From: Squalus acanthias | Lineage: Eukaryota | Direction: 5' to 3' | Assembly: GCA_030390025.1 (NCBI GenBank) | Contig: CM059425.1 | Location: forward strand, 169,758,001-169,822,000 | DNA: 64,000 nucleotides | In this document: one piece after another, positions 49,906 to 62,273 of the stretch | Numbering within the stretch: position 1 is the stretch's first letter | Layout: the number at the start of each line of letters is the position of its first letter | Notes under the pieces: model-generated | What the model saw: only the letters and a program-made list of their open reading frames with translations | Databases searched by the model: none | Told to the model about the DNA's origin: nothing | Made by a program: the position numbers and the translations under genes

Positions 49906-50834
49906 AGGTCTGGAAAGAAAAGTTCAGAGGAACAATGATTATATTCGTATTAATAAAATAGATTATGACAAGAAAGGTTACAATAGAGCAAGAGAGAGAT
50001 TGTAGTTTTGATTGTTTATCAGACTACAAGCTTTTCCTTGTAACCTTCCATGATTGTAAAAAACGCTGTTAGAAGAGCTTCCTCAAATATGGGAGGTGTG
50101 CTCAAATCAAACTGAAGGAAATAAGACCTTTATTGTTTTATTGAAGAGCATGAAGATCAAGATGCAGTGATTCAGCCACTGCAGTTTAAGAGGAATAGAA
50201 GTTGTGTGTACTGAGGTTATGTGATCTGAAGGGGTGTGATCAATTGAAGGATGGAATCATCAGAGTAGAGTGATTATGGTTGAATGATGAGTGGAGGACG
50301 TCTTTGGTGTGAAGGGAGCACAGCGTGGTAGAGAGGACAGAGCCCTATGTTAATGGAAAAAAGAGTCAAAAGATTATAGCACAGATAGAATAATTTGAGA
50401 AGAAACTAGATAGCTGTGATCTAAAACATGGTAACTTAGTTAGAGATGAATAGTGTTATTGAGATGTCTATCAAAATCCACTGTAATTATCACATTATGA
50501 TTCCGTGCAGCCTCTCTTATTTGCCTAAACAGCTATTTATCTATTGTTTAGCTTGATCTTAGAATCAATGGAAATTGCCAACTATCACGTTAGTGTCCTT
50601 ATTATTCATTTCTACCCAGATTTCTTCTGTTTATTTTCCTTCTACTGTACCATATCAATAGTTCTTGTATCATTCCAAACTGCCATCTTTTAGGGTTTTT
50701 ACCCTAGATATTTTCCACGGGTTCAGTAACACTGGGTGGTCATGTAAGTGGATCTCTTGTTACCAAAGTGTGCCTCTACCTGCCCAATATCTAGGTAAAC
50801 AGAGTCAGACCCAGGAGTCAAACAGAGAACCCAT

Positions 50835-51749
50835 GGCCTGGATATTAACTGGGGCGGGTTATATAGGTGGGGGGCGGAGTTTCGGATGGGAAACCCGGAA
50901 GCCCAGGTTTCCCTGTATGCTGTGGAGTTTTAACTCCATAGTGTGTGTCTTTTGGCTCTGACAGGTTGCCTGCATGGAGGTCAGCCTGATTGACAGGCTT
51001 AGCTTCCAGTTGGGCGGGGAGCACTCTGGAGCAGGCCTGTAAGTCCACTCCATGACCCGGGGTGGGTATCCGATCCCGGAGGGGGGTCTGATCCCGGGGA
51101 GGGGCGGGGTGTCCGCTCCCCGACTCCGGGGGGGGGGCTTCCAATCGTTGTGGGGGGGGGGGTCTGATCGGGGGTAGGGGGGCAATCCCTGACCCTGGGG
51201 CGGCCGATCCCTGACCCCATGGGTCTTTGTATGGGGGGGCCTGATGGAGGTAAGCTAGGGGCTGGGGGGATGCACTCCAGCGCCTCCTGGCCCACAAGCG
51301 CTGCTGTAAAGACACTTTCCCAAAGCTGTCCTCACCTCCCTTGAGCTGTCAGGTTTCCAGAGGCCTGGGAAACCTGGCAGGCCACTGTTAAACCTGTGCA
51401 ACAAGTTAAATCAGAGGCTGCCAGCTTCATTAAAATATTTAAGTTGCCAACCCAGCTCTTGGGAGCAGCTTGGATGCCCATCCCTTGTCCTGCCTCTGTT
51501 AAACCCAGATGTGGGTGGGTTGGAGGCAGGTTGGGATTGGGTTTGAGATTTTAAAAATTTTAACCTCTGGCCCGACCCCAACCTACCTGTTTTTGGCTGT
51601 TAAAATGTTTTAATTTTTTTTTCATTCATTTATGTGATGTGGGCATCGCTGGCAAGGCCAGCATTTATTGCCCATCCCTAATTGCCCTTGAGAAGGTGGT
51701 GGTGAGCTGCCTTCTTGAACCACTGCAGTCCGTGTGGTGAATCCAGCCC
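50835..51749. mobile_element. Harbinger-type MITE with LINE tail inserted in the right TIR
   Basis: ggcctggatattaac / gttaaaat[insert]ccagccc. CAT TSD at 50832-50834 and 51750-51752. GC-rich internal minisatellite. Confidence 0.8.
51608..51739 (-). mobile_element. CR1-group LINE 3' tail
   Basis: Reverse complement of 17748-17870. Confidence 0.88.
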
Positions 51750-52969
51750 CATTTCTCTGCATTTTGACCTACTGGATATATCACATGACGCTACATGATC
51801 TCCTTGATGGAGAAGTTATCTAGGTTGAAGAATAACACCGTTGGACAACCACTCAGGCTATAAGATGTTAAACACGTTAATTGAACAGAAAACGCATGGC
51901 TATGCACTACCACAGAGCCCACTGGTTCGCTTCAGCATTCATAGATGTCCTCCGACTAACTGACTTTTTGTTGCAGAAACCAAAACGCTGTGAAGTTCCT
52001 GTGAAGATATCCCAGAATAAAGAAAATTAAAAACAGGTATTTCTAATTACACCATTTAGGAGATCAAATATGCACAGTACTCAAAACATTGTTTGCCCAA
52101 CCAAAATATCTCTGCCAAATAAACATGTACTCTAAACAGCCCCATAGGATGCTTGTAATTGAATGGAATGATTTGACTCCTTCCTGAAAAACCCATTGAT
52201 CTGTTCAAACCACTTTGATTAACCTGCGATTGCGGAAAATGAACACTTGCCCAGACAGAACAGACACAGAATGACGCTAATGGCTCTGTAGTTAACATAT
52301 ATTAACATATTAAACCACCTTTTTGTTCCTTTGTTCCACAGTAATTATCTTCAGACCCACAGTGATGCTGATGGCTTACAAGACTGGTATGTTTATTCCA
52401 TGCTGCCTGCAGATATAACTAGCAGTAACCAATTTAAACCCTGTGTTGTGCTGTGATCAGCAAGAAAAAAAATCAATAAATAATTCCTCACAAACATAAA
52501 TGCATCATTTTGTCACACATAAAAATGATGCCATATTCCTGCTCAGCTTATTATCCTACCAAAGCATTCTATTACTGTCTTTGCACCAATTCTTCTCCAG
52601 TTCAGCTCAGAGCCAAGTTTTTGTTTCAATGGATGCATTGAATTCCAATGGTTTTCCCTGATGCTTTTCGCATTAATAGCAACGTATTTAAGCTAATCCT
52701 TCAAGCATTTCCTTAAAATGATCTAATCTTATATTCCACAGAGATTGTTTATATCTTCTTTTTGCTTTGGGGGGTGGGTAAATTTTCTGAGTGCATGTCA
52801 GCGGCAAGGCTGCTCCACACTGTCGGAATGTACCAGAAAGTCCCAGGTGTGTTGGCGCAATTTTCTGTCAATGGATGGTAAATTATGTGCAGCTGCCAGC
52901 AATTTTCTGATACGTGCTGGCGGCACGCAAGCTACCTTACTGCTGGTGTTTACTCAGTCAGTTTAGGCC

Positions 52970-53070
52970 ATAGCAAAAGTGACTACACTTCAAAAGTACA
53001 TCATTGGCTGTAAAGCGCTTTGCGGCATCCTGAGGTGCTATATAAATGCAAGTCTTTCTTTTCTTTCTTT
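52970..53070 (+). mobile_element. DeuSINE/L2-type 3' tail
   Basis: gtgactacacttcaaaagtacatcattggctgtaaagcgcttt..ctatataaatgcaagtctttc. Confidence 0.7.
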
Positions 53071-53654
53071 AGTGTCACACTTTTGTTCCCCACCTTTCAT
53101 GCCTATTTATAAAACCAGTGGTTTACCTGCCGTGACTTAAAGTGGAGTCATCATCTCTATGACACATGTGGTGCCCATTATCTTGTATCCTGTCAAATTT
53201 CCCCAAAATAAAATGTGGAGGTCTGAGAGCAGAAAGCACATTTTATTCAACTGAACGTTTTAAAAGCAGCTATATCTTTTAAACCAAGCTTAATTTATGC
53301 ATTATTTCTGAATATGAATATCGTTGGAAGTCATAATGACTTCAGTGATAAAAATGATTGGGTCATGCAGCTGTAAAGAAAACTGACACTGACCATAACT
53401 TAAATCTTAAAAGGCTGTAGCTTCATATCCTGAGATAGGTGATTACATCATCTACTTATAATTGTAACTGCACTAATATAACATAATGGAAACCGGGGAA
53501 TTCTAAAGAGGTTTAGTATTGAGATCATTGAGGAAATTCTTGGTTCCTGTCCAGAAATTAACATTTTCATAGAATCCTAGAATGTTACAGTCCAGAAACA
53601 GGCCATTTGGCCCATCAAATGTGCTCTGGGGCTTCTCTCCACATGAGTCACAAA

Positions 53655-55409
53655 GGTCTGAATTTTGCCAGCCCTCAGAGTACGGGTTTGGAGGTGGGTC
53701 CGCTGTCAAAATCAAAATGATTGACAGCAGGTTGGGAGCCCACTCTGAAACTGCCTCCATGTAAGTTTCCAAAGTGTCGGGTCTGCAATTTCAGAACAGA
53801 ACCGACACCAAGCGGCGAGGGAGGCATTTAAGACAGTTAAATGCTTGTTAAACGCTTGTTAACTACTATTTTGCCAGCCTATTTCTATTTTACCACTTTT
53901 TTTACGAGGTTCACGTCGTTCAGAGATCACGTCAGGTAATAGGTCGGGTTCTGTATGTCTCCCCATTGCTGTGAATAGGTGACAGCTGCAAAAGTGGTAT
54001 GAAAGCTACCATTTCACAGCTGGTCACTTTCCAATGTCAGAAACTTGAGCTTTCAGGATCTGGAAGACACCTTTGAGCTGTATGCAGTTTGGAAGTGTTT
54101 GGAGTAAACTCTCTATCCACTGTCACCTCCTTGGAGCAACCTCTCTCACCATTGACAGATCGCTTCTGTTATCTCAACTTCAGCTGCCGTCTATTCCAGC
54201 AACATCGGTGCCCTTGAAAAAATCTCACCTTGGTCCTCTGAATCCCTCCACGATCAGCCCCAATACCAACATCACCAACAGCACCACCAACCTTCTCCGG
54301 AATCACCTGATGCTGCAGAGGACACAGGGCATCAGCACCCGACAATATTGCTGCCCGGGAGGTCAGCGATGGCATCACCATGGCCAGATTTACTTCACTT
54401 GACGCTGTACACCCTGGATGCCACATGACGCGCCAGGTTGACACCATCCCACACCAACACCATAAAGCATCCCTATAATGTCCAAGCCATTCCTTTCACA
54501 CTCATCGCCATTGCGGGGGACACCGTTAAGTCTCAACATCCACTGGAACTCACTAAGACACTTCCAAAGTTGAGCACAGATCTGTCCAATAAGGCAAAGT
54601 GTTGAAAATAAAGATTTCAATGTTTGACAACACATTAACAGAAAATGTATATGAACATTGCATAAAACACCCAAGTGCCTACCCTTGTGTGTTGTTAGTT
54701 GGTATGCTTGCAGTAGGATGAGGGTGAGTGTTAGTGGTGGCTAGTGAGATGGGGAAGTGATAATGTAGATAGAGAGGGATGGGTGGAAGTGCAAGGTAAG
54801 TTGGTGTGAGTAAGGATGTGCTGGAGTATGATAGGGAAGGCAGAGTGATGGGGATGTGATGAGTGGCACAGCAGGATGAGGTTGAGTGTGGCTTTGCAGT
54901 AATGATTCGTGATCTACTGAGATCATTGAAAGGTTTGTGCCACTGCAGCCTGGTCCTCCTGACCACATCCATGCTTGTGTCCTCTTGTGCAATGTGCAAC
55001 CAGGTTGTGTTGGTCTCCTGGGGAGGTCTCTTCCACCCTTGGAAGGGAAGAGGACCTCCCAGCGTGCTGTGACTCCCTCCATAAGCATATGGAGGGAGTC
55101 ATGGCAGAGCCTGGGTGCAGCCGTGCACCTTTGCACAGTGCTTATCAGTGTTTGCAGCACCTCAATGCTGTAGAACACTGACAGAACTATTGTCAAAATA
55201 AATGTGGACATGGCCCCTTTAAGGAAACCGGCTGAAGACGCGATCAGACCCGCTTCCTATTAATTGGCCAGGAAACTCACAGGGCGGGCTTAACAAGCCC
55301 AATCAACGGAAAATCACTTGGAGAGTGCGGGCTGCAGTAGACAGCGGGCTGGGTCCGCGACACCGACCCCGGCCACCCCGGACCCGCCTCGGTCGGCGAA
55401 ATCGTGGTC
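53655..55409. mobile_element. Non-autonomous Harbinger family B copy, inserted in a CR1 tail fragment (53568-53654)
   Basis: Colinear with 15610-18821 minus the LINE. Ends ggtctgaatttt / gaaatcgtggtc. Flanks AAA / ATA. Confidence 0.85.
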
Positions 55410-57984
55410 ATAGTCTATTTCTACTCCCCTGCTCGCTTCCTATATATAATACATTAAATCCTTGAGTTTTTATCACAACTGATCATATTTCAGTCACTCC
55501 TGTGTGATACTCCAACGTTAATTTTAATGTGATAGGTTACACAGTCACAAGCCATGCCTGCAATATACACTTCCTCCATCCATGGCACTGTTGTACTTCT
55601 ACTCAGCCTGTTCCTTAACTCCAAGAACTGCAACAAAAATAGAAAATGCTGGAAATACTAAGCAGCTCAAGCAGTATCTGTAGAGAGACAAGTGAGTTAA
55701 CATTTTGGGTGCAGACACTACTGTTTTGAAGAATGGTCCACACCCTGCTACTATCAGCAAAGTACATGCTTTGATTGACCCTCCCGCCACACAAGGGCTC
55801 CCCACTTGCATTCCTATTCCACATGTTGTACCTCTCCTGCCCTACCATGCTCCTCAGTCCTGTCATACGCCTCTTCTCTGTAACCAGACTCATCCATTCC
55901 TGCTTTTTTCATCTGCTATAATCACCTCCTTCATTTCCCACCATCCAAAACCACCAATGCATTGCTCCCGGCTCCAGCGTACAGCCCAGAGAAGCGGGTG
56001 TGGAGACAGGAACTCTCAACACTGTGAGTTCCTTTGTCTCCAGCCTCACATCAGCTGGGCGCATGATTGGTGGCAGTATGCCTGATGAGACCAGGTATAC
56101 CACACCGCCGACTGGTGGTTGTGGAGAACTGTAGCCTGAATCCCCAAAGCGGAGGACATTTTTTTTTCTAACATTTATTTCAAAGGGAGAGGGGGCTGAG
56201 AGGCAATTTCTCCATTCTTTCCCGGTGGTGGGGGGTGGGGGGGAGACGCAGCCCCCTTCACACCCCCAGAACTGGCAACTTGCACTGCAATTTGCAGCTT
56301 TGGAGCAAGGCAGGTGCCCTAGATGTGCCCCTAGTGGGGTTGGAACCCACCACTGGCATTGGAATTAAAGGTCCTCCCCATGTCCTGGCAACCTTTGGTA
56401 AGGACAGCAATTGCGGTCCCAGGTGGGCGCATTCTGGGCTTATTCTGAGATGTTCCCTCCCCCTGCAGATTTCCACCTATTTAGTTATTAATATTATAAA
56501 CTCACTACACTCCCTGTCACAAATTCCTTTTTTCCACCCCAAAACTTCAATTCTTTTATTAACTAACACTATCTTCCAATTTACTGTGATAGGTCTCACA
56601 AGAGAGTCACTAATATTCCTTTTATTTCAGGCAATTATCTAATTTCCTTTCAACTGAATTTATGGGCTCTGCTTCACAATGATTTGCAGCAGAAAATTTC
56701 CACATTCTAACTACCCTTTGTGTAAAGACATTTATTATGACCTCTCCGTTAGTTCTTTTTGTGCTTGTCTTAAATTTTTGCCCTTTACATTAACATCTCT
56801 CTACCCCATGGAAGCATTCAATCATGATTTTATGAAACCAGCATTTTTGCCTTTAAATTTTTGTTTGAAGTTAAAGCCAAGATTTTAACTTACACGATTG
56901 CAGCAGATGAACAAGCTGCTTATCAAACTTCAGTTGTTTTTGAGGATTGCCTCAACTATTTAGGTTGTTTAAAGGGAGAATACTTTCTTATATACTGGAC
57001 AATTCAGTATGCAAGGTTAAAAGATGATTTATAAAAGAGTATTCACGCAAGCATTCAAAAGAACCATCAGAGTTTTCATTCTTCATCAGCCCTGGGAAAC
57101 TGCACGGATGTTAAGAAAGAGAACAAATGGTTATAGCGCACCAGTTCTTATGAAAATTAGATTTTTCTTTCAAACTTCAACAATCTGAGATACCTATTTG
57201 CATATATTTTAAGAAAACACTCCATGGCCTTTGGAGAATTCAATCATCCAATTGACCTCATGTTAACTGTAGAATTTCACCTGTTTCCTTTAACATAGTG
57301 TAACTCCAAGTATTTGAGATGCTGTTCTGCATGAATATTTACTCATGGCTTTTCTCCTCAACTTCTTTGACATGAACAAGATAGTCAGTCAACACACATC
57401 TACAGAATAAGCACTAGGGACATGAACAGTTATTAGGGAAGCAAATTACTGAGCTATTCATGATTCTACAATGGCACGTGCCATATTACAGACTGAGCTA
57501 GCAGTGTGCAAGAATGATTTCACTACTCAGCTATTATTACTGACTGGAAGAGATGTCACCTTTTAAATCAAATAATATTTGTATTATTAATGACCTGTTT
57601 TAACACTATTAACTTTTATTTCCAGCTATCTTTTCATCAATTAATCATGTCAAATCGCACTAGTTTTTGCATGTACCTGTGTAATTACAGCAGCATCACT
57701 ATGCGTGACCATCACCTCACAGGTAATTAAAAGTGTGGTTTGGAAACTACAGGGAATAGTATCAGAAATAGGCAGTAGATGGAATGAGAGGTAATAGGAA
57801 TGGATATGACAATTACTTTTCTTTTAATTGGCTGGTAATTAAATAGTAGCAGTTACTCTATAATTAATATACTATTTAAATTGGACATAAGTTATGAAAT
57901 CTGGCAAGCCAATTTACATTTTTATCCTCAGCCTTCCCTTATTCCCTTATTTAAATATAAATCTAACTTTGCTAAGTCACTAGC

Positions 57985-58900
57985 AACATAGGAGTTTACA
58001 GCACGGAAGAAGACCATTCAACCCATCGTGCCTGTGCTGGCTCTTTGCTCGAGCAATCCAAATTAATCCCATTGCTTCGTGCTCTCCCCATCGCCCTTTA
58101 TGTTTCTCTGTTTCAAATATTTATCCTTTTCCCTTTGAAAGATGTAATGGTCTCTGTCTTGACCACTCCCTTTAGGAAAACATTCCTTGCTCCAGTAACC
58201 ATCTGTGTAAAGACATTTCTCCTAACCTCTCTCCTTACTCCCTTAGTGATCACTTTAAATTGATGACCCTTTCTCACTGAATCCCCAACCAGAGGAACTA
58301 GTCTTTCCTTATTTGCCTTATTAATAGCTTCATATTTTTTTTTAAACCCAAGTAAATCTTCTCTTAGCATTCTCCGCTCCAGTGGAAATAGTCTCAAGTC
58401 TCTCCTTGTAACTACATAGAATCGACAGCACATAAACAGACCATTTGGACCAACTGGTCTATGCTGGGGTTTATACTCCGCATGAGCCATCTCCCACTCT
58501 AATTATGTCTATCCACTTTGCCCCATATCCTCTATTACCATCTCCCTCGTGTGCATCAAGCCTCCCCTTAAATGTATCCATCCTATCTGCTTCCTCCACT
58601 CCATGTGGCAGCGAGTTCCACATTCTCATCACTCTTTGTAAAGAAATTCCTCCTAAACTTTTAGTATGTCCTGTTAGTTGCTAGCTTATATTTATGCCCC
58701 CTTGTTCTGGACTCACCTACAAGTGGAAACAGTTTCTCCACATCCACCCTATCGAACCCCTTCATAATTTTAAAGACCTCAATTAGATCTCCTATAGTCT
58801 TCGCTTTTCAAGCAAAAAGAGCCCCAACCAGCTTAAGCTTTCTTGATAGTTTGACATCTCCAGTTGTCATCCTGCCAAATCTACTCTATAGATTCTCTGT
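57985..58900 (-). mobile_element. Two adjacent degenerate CR1 3' ends
   Basis: Two tails (57985 and about 58412), each preceded by ERRMLREDL / FTQMV-type ORF2 remnants. Confidence 0.75.
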
Positions 58901-59239
58901 GGTTTTCTATAAAGGCTGTCCAATTATAGAAAGATGTGTGGCTGCACCTTCGAAAAAAAAGAGAGAAACATTAAGAAGAGCACTGAAAATAATGCCAATA
59001 AAATAGAGACAGATGTGAAAGTTTGTAATAGAGAGAGGGTTGGAGGCCAAAGAACAAACTTTGCCTTGTATCCTGTACTAACTATATGTGAGAAGTGTTT
59101 GAGGTAAGTGAGCAATATTGGTTGCCATTACCACTCTGTGTGTGCCAGTTCATTCAGTGTAATGGCGCAGGAAAAGGAGTGGAGACTTTTTTGGATGATG
59201 CAGTTTCCAGCAGGGTGGCTGCAATGCAGGAATAACATT

Positions 59240-60569
59240 GGTGGGATTTTTAATTGCCCCTGCCCTGTGAAAACCGAGCTCGGGGGGGGGGGGTGCAATT
59301 AATATGAATTGGGAGAAATACCCATTACACTCCCCTCGGCTGCAATTTAAAAATGTCTGATTTTTTAGGTGTATGAGACGTTGGCATGAGCCTGGTGGGA
59401 GCCTTATACATTTATACAAACTGGGGTCCTATTACATCAATTTAGAAATTGATCTATTTAGAAATGTTATATTAAGAATGGGTAACAATGCCATTATGCA
59501 CACTGCTGACACCAGTCCCCATATCAGTGACTTGTGGCTGTATGAGATGTCATTCTGTCACCAGGTTGCTGAGAGGTACCCCTCTCTCCATCTCCCACCA
59601 CCAGCAGCTCCGCAACTCTTAACACCTCCAGGGAGACCTCCCCTGCTGGAGTCAAAATGGAGATGGATGGAGGCCCACCTTCCCTTCTCTCCCTCTCCTT
59701 GTTGTGTGTGCTCGTTTCTCCTGCAAGGAGGGAAAGAAGAGAAGTTTGAGTGAGAGTGAGGGCATGAGTGTAAAGGATGTGTGAGTTACATCTGTAGAGC
59801 GTGACTATGAGGGAGTGTGGTACCAATGGCAAAGTGCCAATGCCAAGTGGCCTCCTTGTGGGGTGTGTGTTGGTATGATTGCAGTATGATGAGGGTGAGT
59901 GTGAGGGGTGGTTAGTCAGAGGGGGATGTGAGTATGTAGATAGAGAGAGAGGGATGGGTGGACGTGCAAGGCATGTTGGTGTGAGTAAGGATGTGCAGGA
60001 GTAGGCTTGGGAAGGCAGAGTGATGGGGATGTAATGACAGGCACAGCAGGATGAAGGTGAGTGTGGCCCATCAGAGCATTGAAGCGCTTTCGGCACTACA
60101 CCAAGGTCCGCCTCACCACATCCCTGCTGTTCACCTCCTCAACTATTTGAAGCCAGGCTCTTTTTGTCTCTTGGGGAGGTCTCTTCCGCCCATCAGCAGG
60201 GAAGAGGACCTCCTGCGTGCTCTCACTCCCTCCACAAGAAAACCTGAGTGCAGTCCTCTGTCTTTGTGCAGCCATGTTTTCAAGTCTGAACAATAAGCAG
60301 ATCGTGCCATCTCCTCCCTGCAAACTCCTAGATGAACCTTCAAATGCGATGTGGCCAAGGCTGTTTTAAATATCCCCACTGGAAATGTGTCATCGATGGC
60401 GTCATCAGACCCGCACCATTTAATAGGGCCGAGAAACACGCAGGTCTGCCTTAATAGGCGCCATTAACTGAAAGTCGCTCTGAGGAGTGGGATGATCAGA
60501 ACAACGCGGTTACGACCCGCCACACGGCCCGCGCGCACCTGACCCGACTCAGTAAGGAAAATTCTGGCC
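59240..60569 (-). mobile_element. Harbinger derivative with degenerate Myb-like exons 1-2
   Basis: VLFPADGRKRPPQETKRAWLQIVEEVNS; HNKERERREGGPP. Ends ggtgggattttt / aaaattctggcc. Flanks ATT / AAT. Confidence 0.75.
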
Positions 60570-62273
60570 AATGTTTCACCCATCTCAAAATCGTAGTGAG
60601 GCAAATGAGCAGAAAAAAATGTTTGTTAAAGATTAATTACGAGAACCACAAGAAATGGGGCAGGTAAAGCAGGAAGGTCAGCCCAGAGCTCGCATTCAGA
60701 AAGAGGGTTAGTTACACAAAGGATGGGTGAGATTTTAAAGTGTCAGCACAGCAAATACGTACTGTTTAAAAATAATTCAAGTATAACATTTCAACAATCC
60801 TGTGAATAATTCAGATGTGCTTTAGAAAAAAATGTTTTTATGGAAACAAAATATTATCGTATTAAGCATGCATTGGCGTTTTTATGTGTCAATACATTGT
60901 AAAAGTCTGATTATAGTTTGCTTGGAGGAAACATGAAAATAAATCCTGACTGTTCTTTTCAGCAAACCTCATCCCCATCACAATGAAACCTTAATCCTTT
61001 CTGTTTATACTAGTAGTTCAAATTTATTCCTGTTCTTTTTTAGACATGTCTCATTGTAGCTCACATAGACTATTTGCTGTTACGTCCCTGGGAATATTGG
61101 AAAATATATCAGATAAGATGTATTAAATATTTTAGATGTGCATAAATGTTTTGAAAATTGTTTCACCCAGAGCGCTACACTCACTTTACTTGAAACTCCC
61201 ACATCATAGAAGTTTATTAAGTAGGCAACAGACTCTAATTAAAAGTTCATGGGCCCCAGAAATGTGTGGTGGGGTCGGGGGTGGGGTGGCGCTTGAAGCC
61301 CAGCATAAATGCCAGGATACACCTGCACAGAACCTCTTCCACTAACCTCGCCAAAGTGCATGAGAATGCAGGATTGGTGATTTTGCCATGTGGTTCCATT
61401 TTGCTGCTTAGAATTCAGCACAAACTATTCTGGAATGAAAAGATTAGCTGACCTCTCCCAATTTTTTCAATACATATTTGCAAAAAGTGCTCAGCTCTTT
61501 CATGCTTCGGGTTTCCATAGCTTGTCTGCTCCTTCATTCATAAATGCTGAACTCAGTCTTTATAAGGTATGTCTGTGAGGCGACAGATTCAGTCTCCTTT
61601 TTTCTTCAGATATGCCAAATTTGTCAGTTGTGGCTATAGCAACAAGACTCTTCTAACTCTATCAGCTAAACAAAAATGAGCGATCTCTTCATGATGTTTT
61701 ATACTGCAAAGTATGGTTTCCATTGGAATCACTAACAGTGCTGACTTTCTTGATGTCACTATATTTCGTCCTTTACTGTTATTGTTCCTGATACAGTATT
61801 GACGTGCTGAGGCCAATAATGTGGTCGTGACATCACTGTGCTTTGAGGGCTGGTTTTGCCTGCAGACCACCAAGCTGACCTTACCTTATAATGTGAACTC
61901 AGCTAATTTTAATATTTAGATGGTGCTTCCAGTGTATAAGTCATGATACACTGGGAGAGCACGCAGGTCACAGGAGGAGTTACTGGATGGTATCAGCTAT
62001 GAAATGGCTGCCGGTTGCACTTAAAGAAGTGCTTGTTTTTTTTTAAATCTATTTTTTATCAGATTGAATCCAATTCACCAATTGGGTGTTCGAGACCATG
62101 GTGCTGGAGGTCTTACAATAAAGCCCTACAAATATGGAGCTTCCATTTTTTATATTGAAGTGCCCATTTTAAATGGATGTTGAGTGCTGTTCCAGTTGTG
62201 TTATGGAGTTTTGCCCTAATAAAAACAAAACTGTGGGCTTCAATGAGCCTTGCACACAGTTGGCAGGCACCAA

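Noticed and set aside
50845..51315. Pro-rich ORFs
   Set aside because: Translation of a GC-rich minisatellite inside a MITE.
51977..52386. Two small AG..GT-bounded exon-like segments
   Set aside because: The first has stops in all three frames. They could be non-coding exons but cannot be supported without transcripts.
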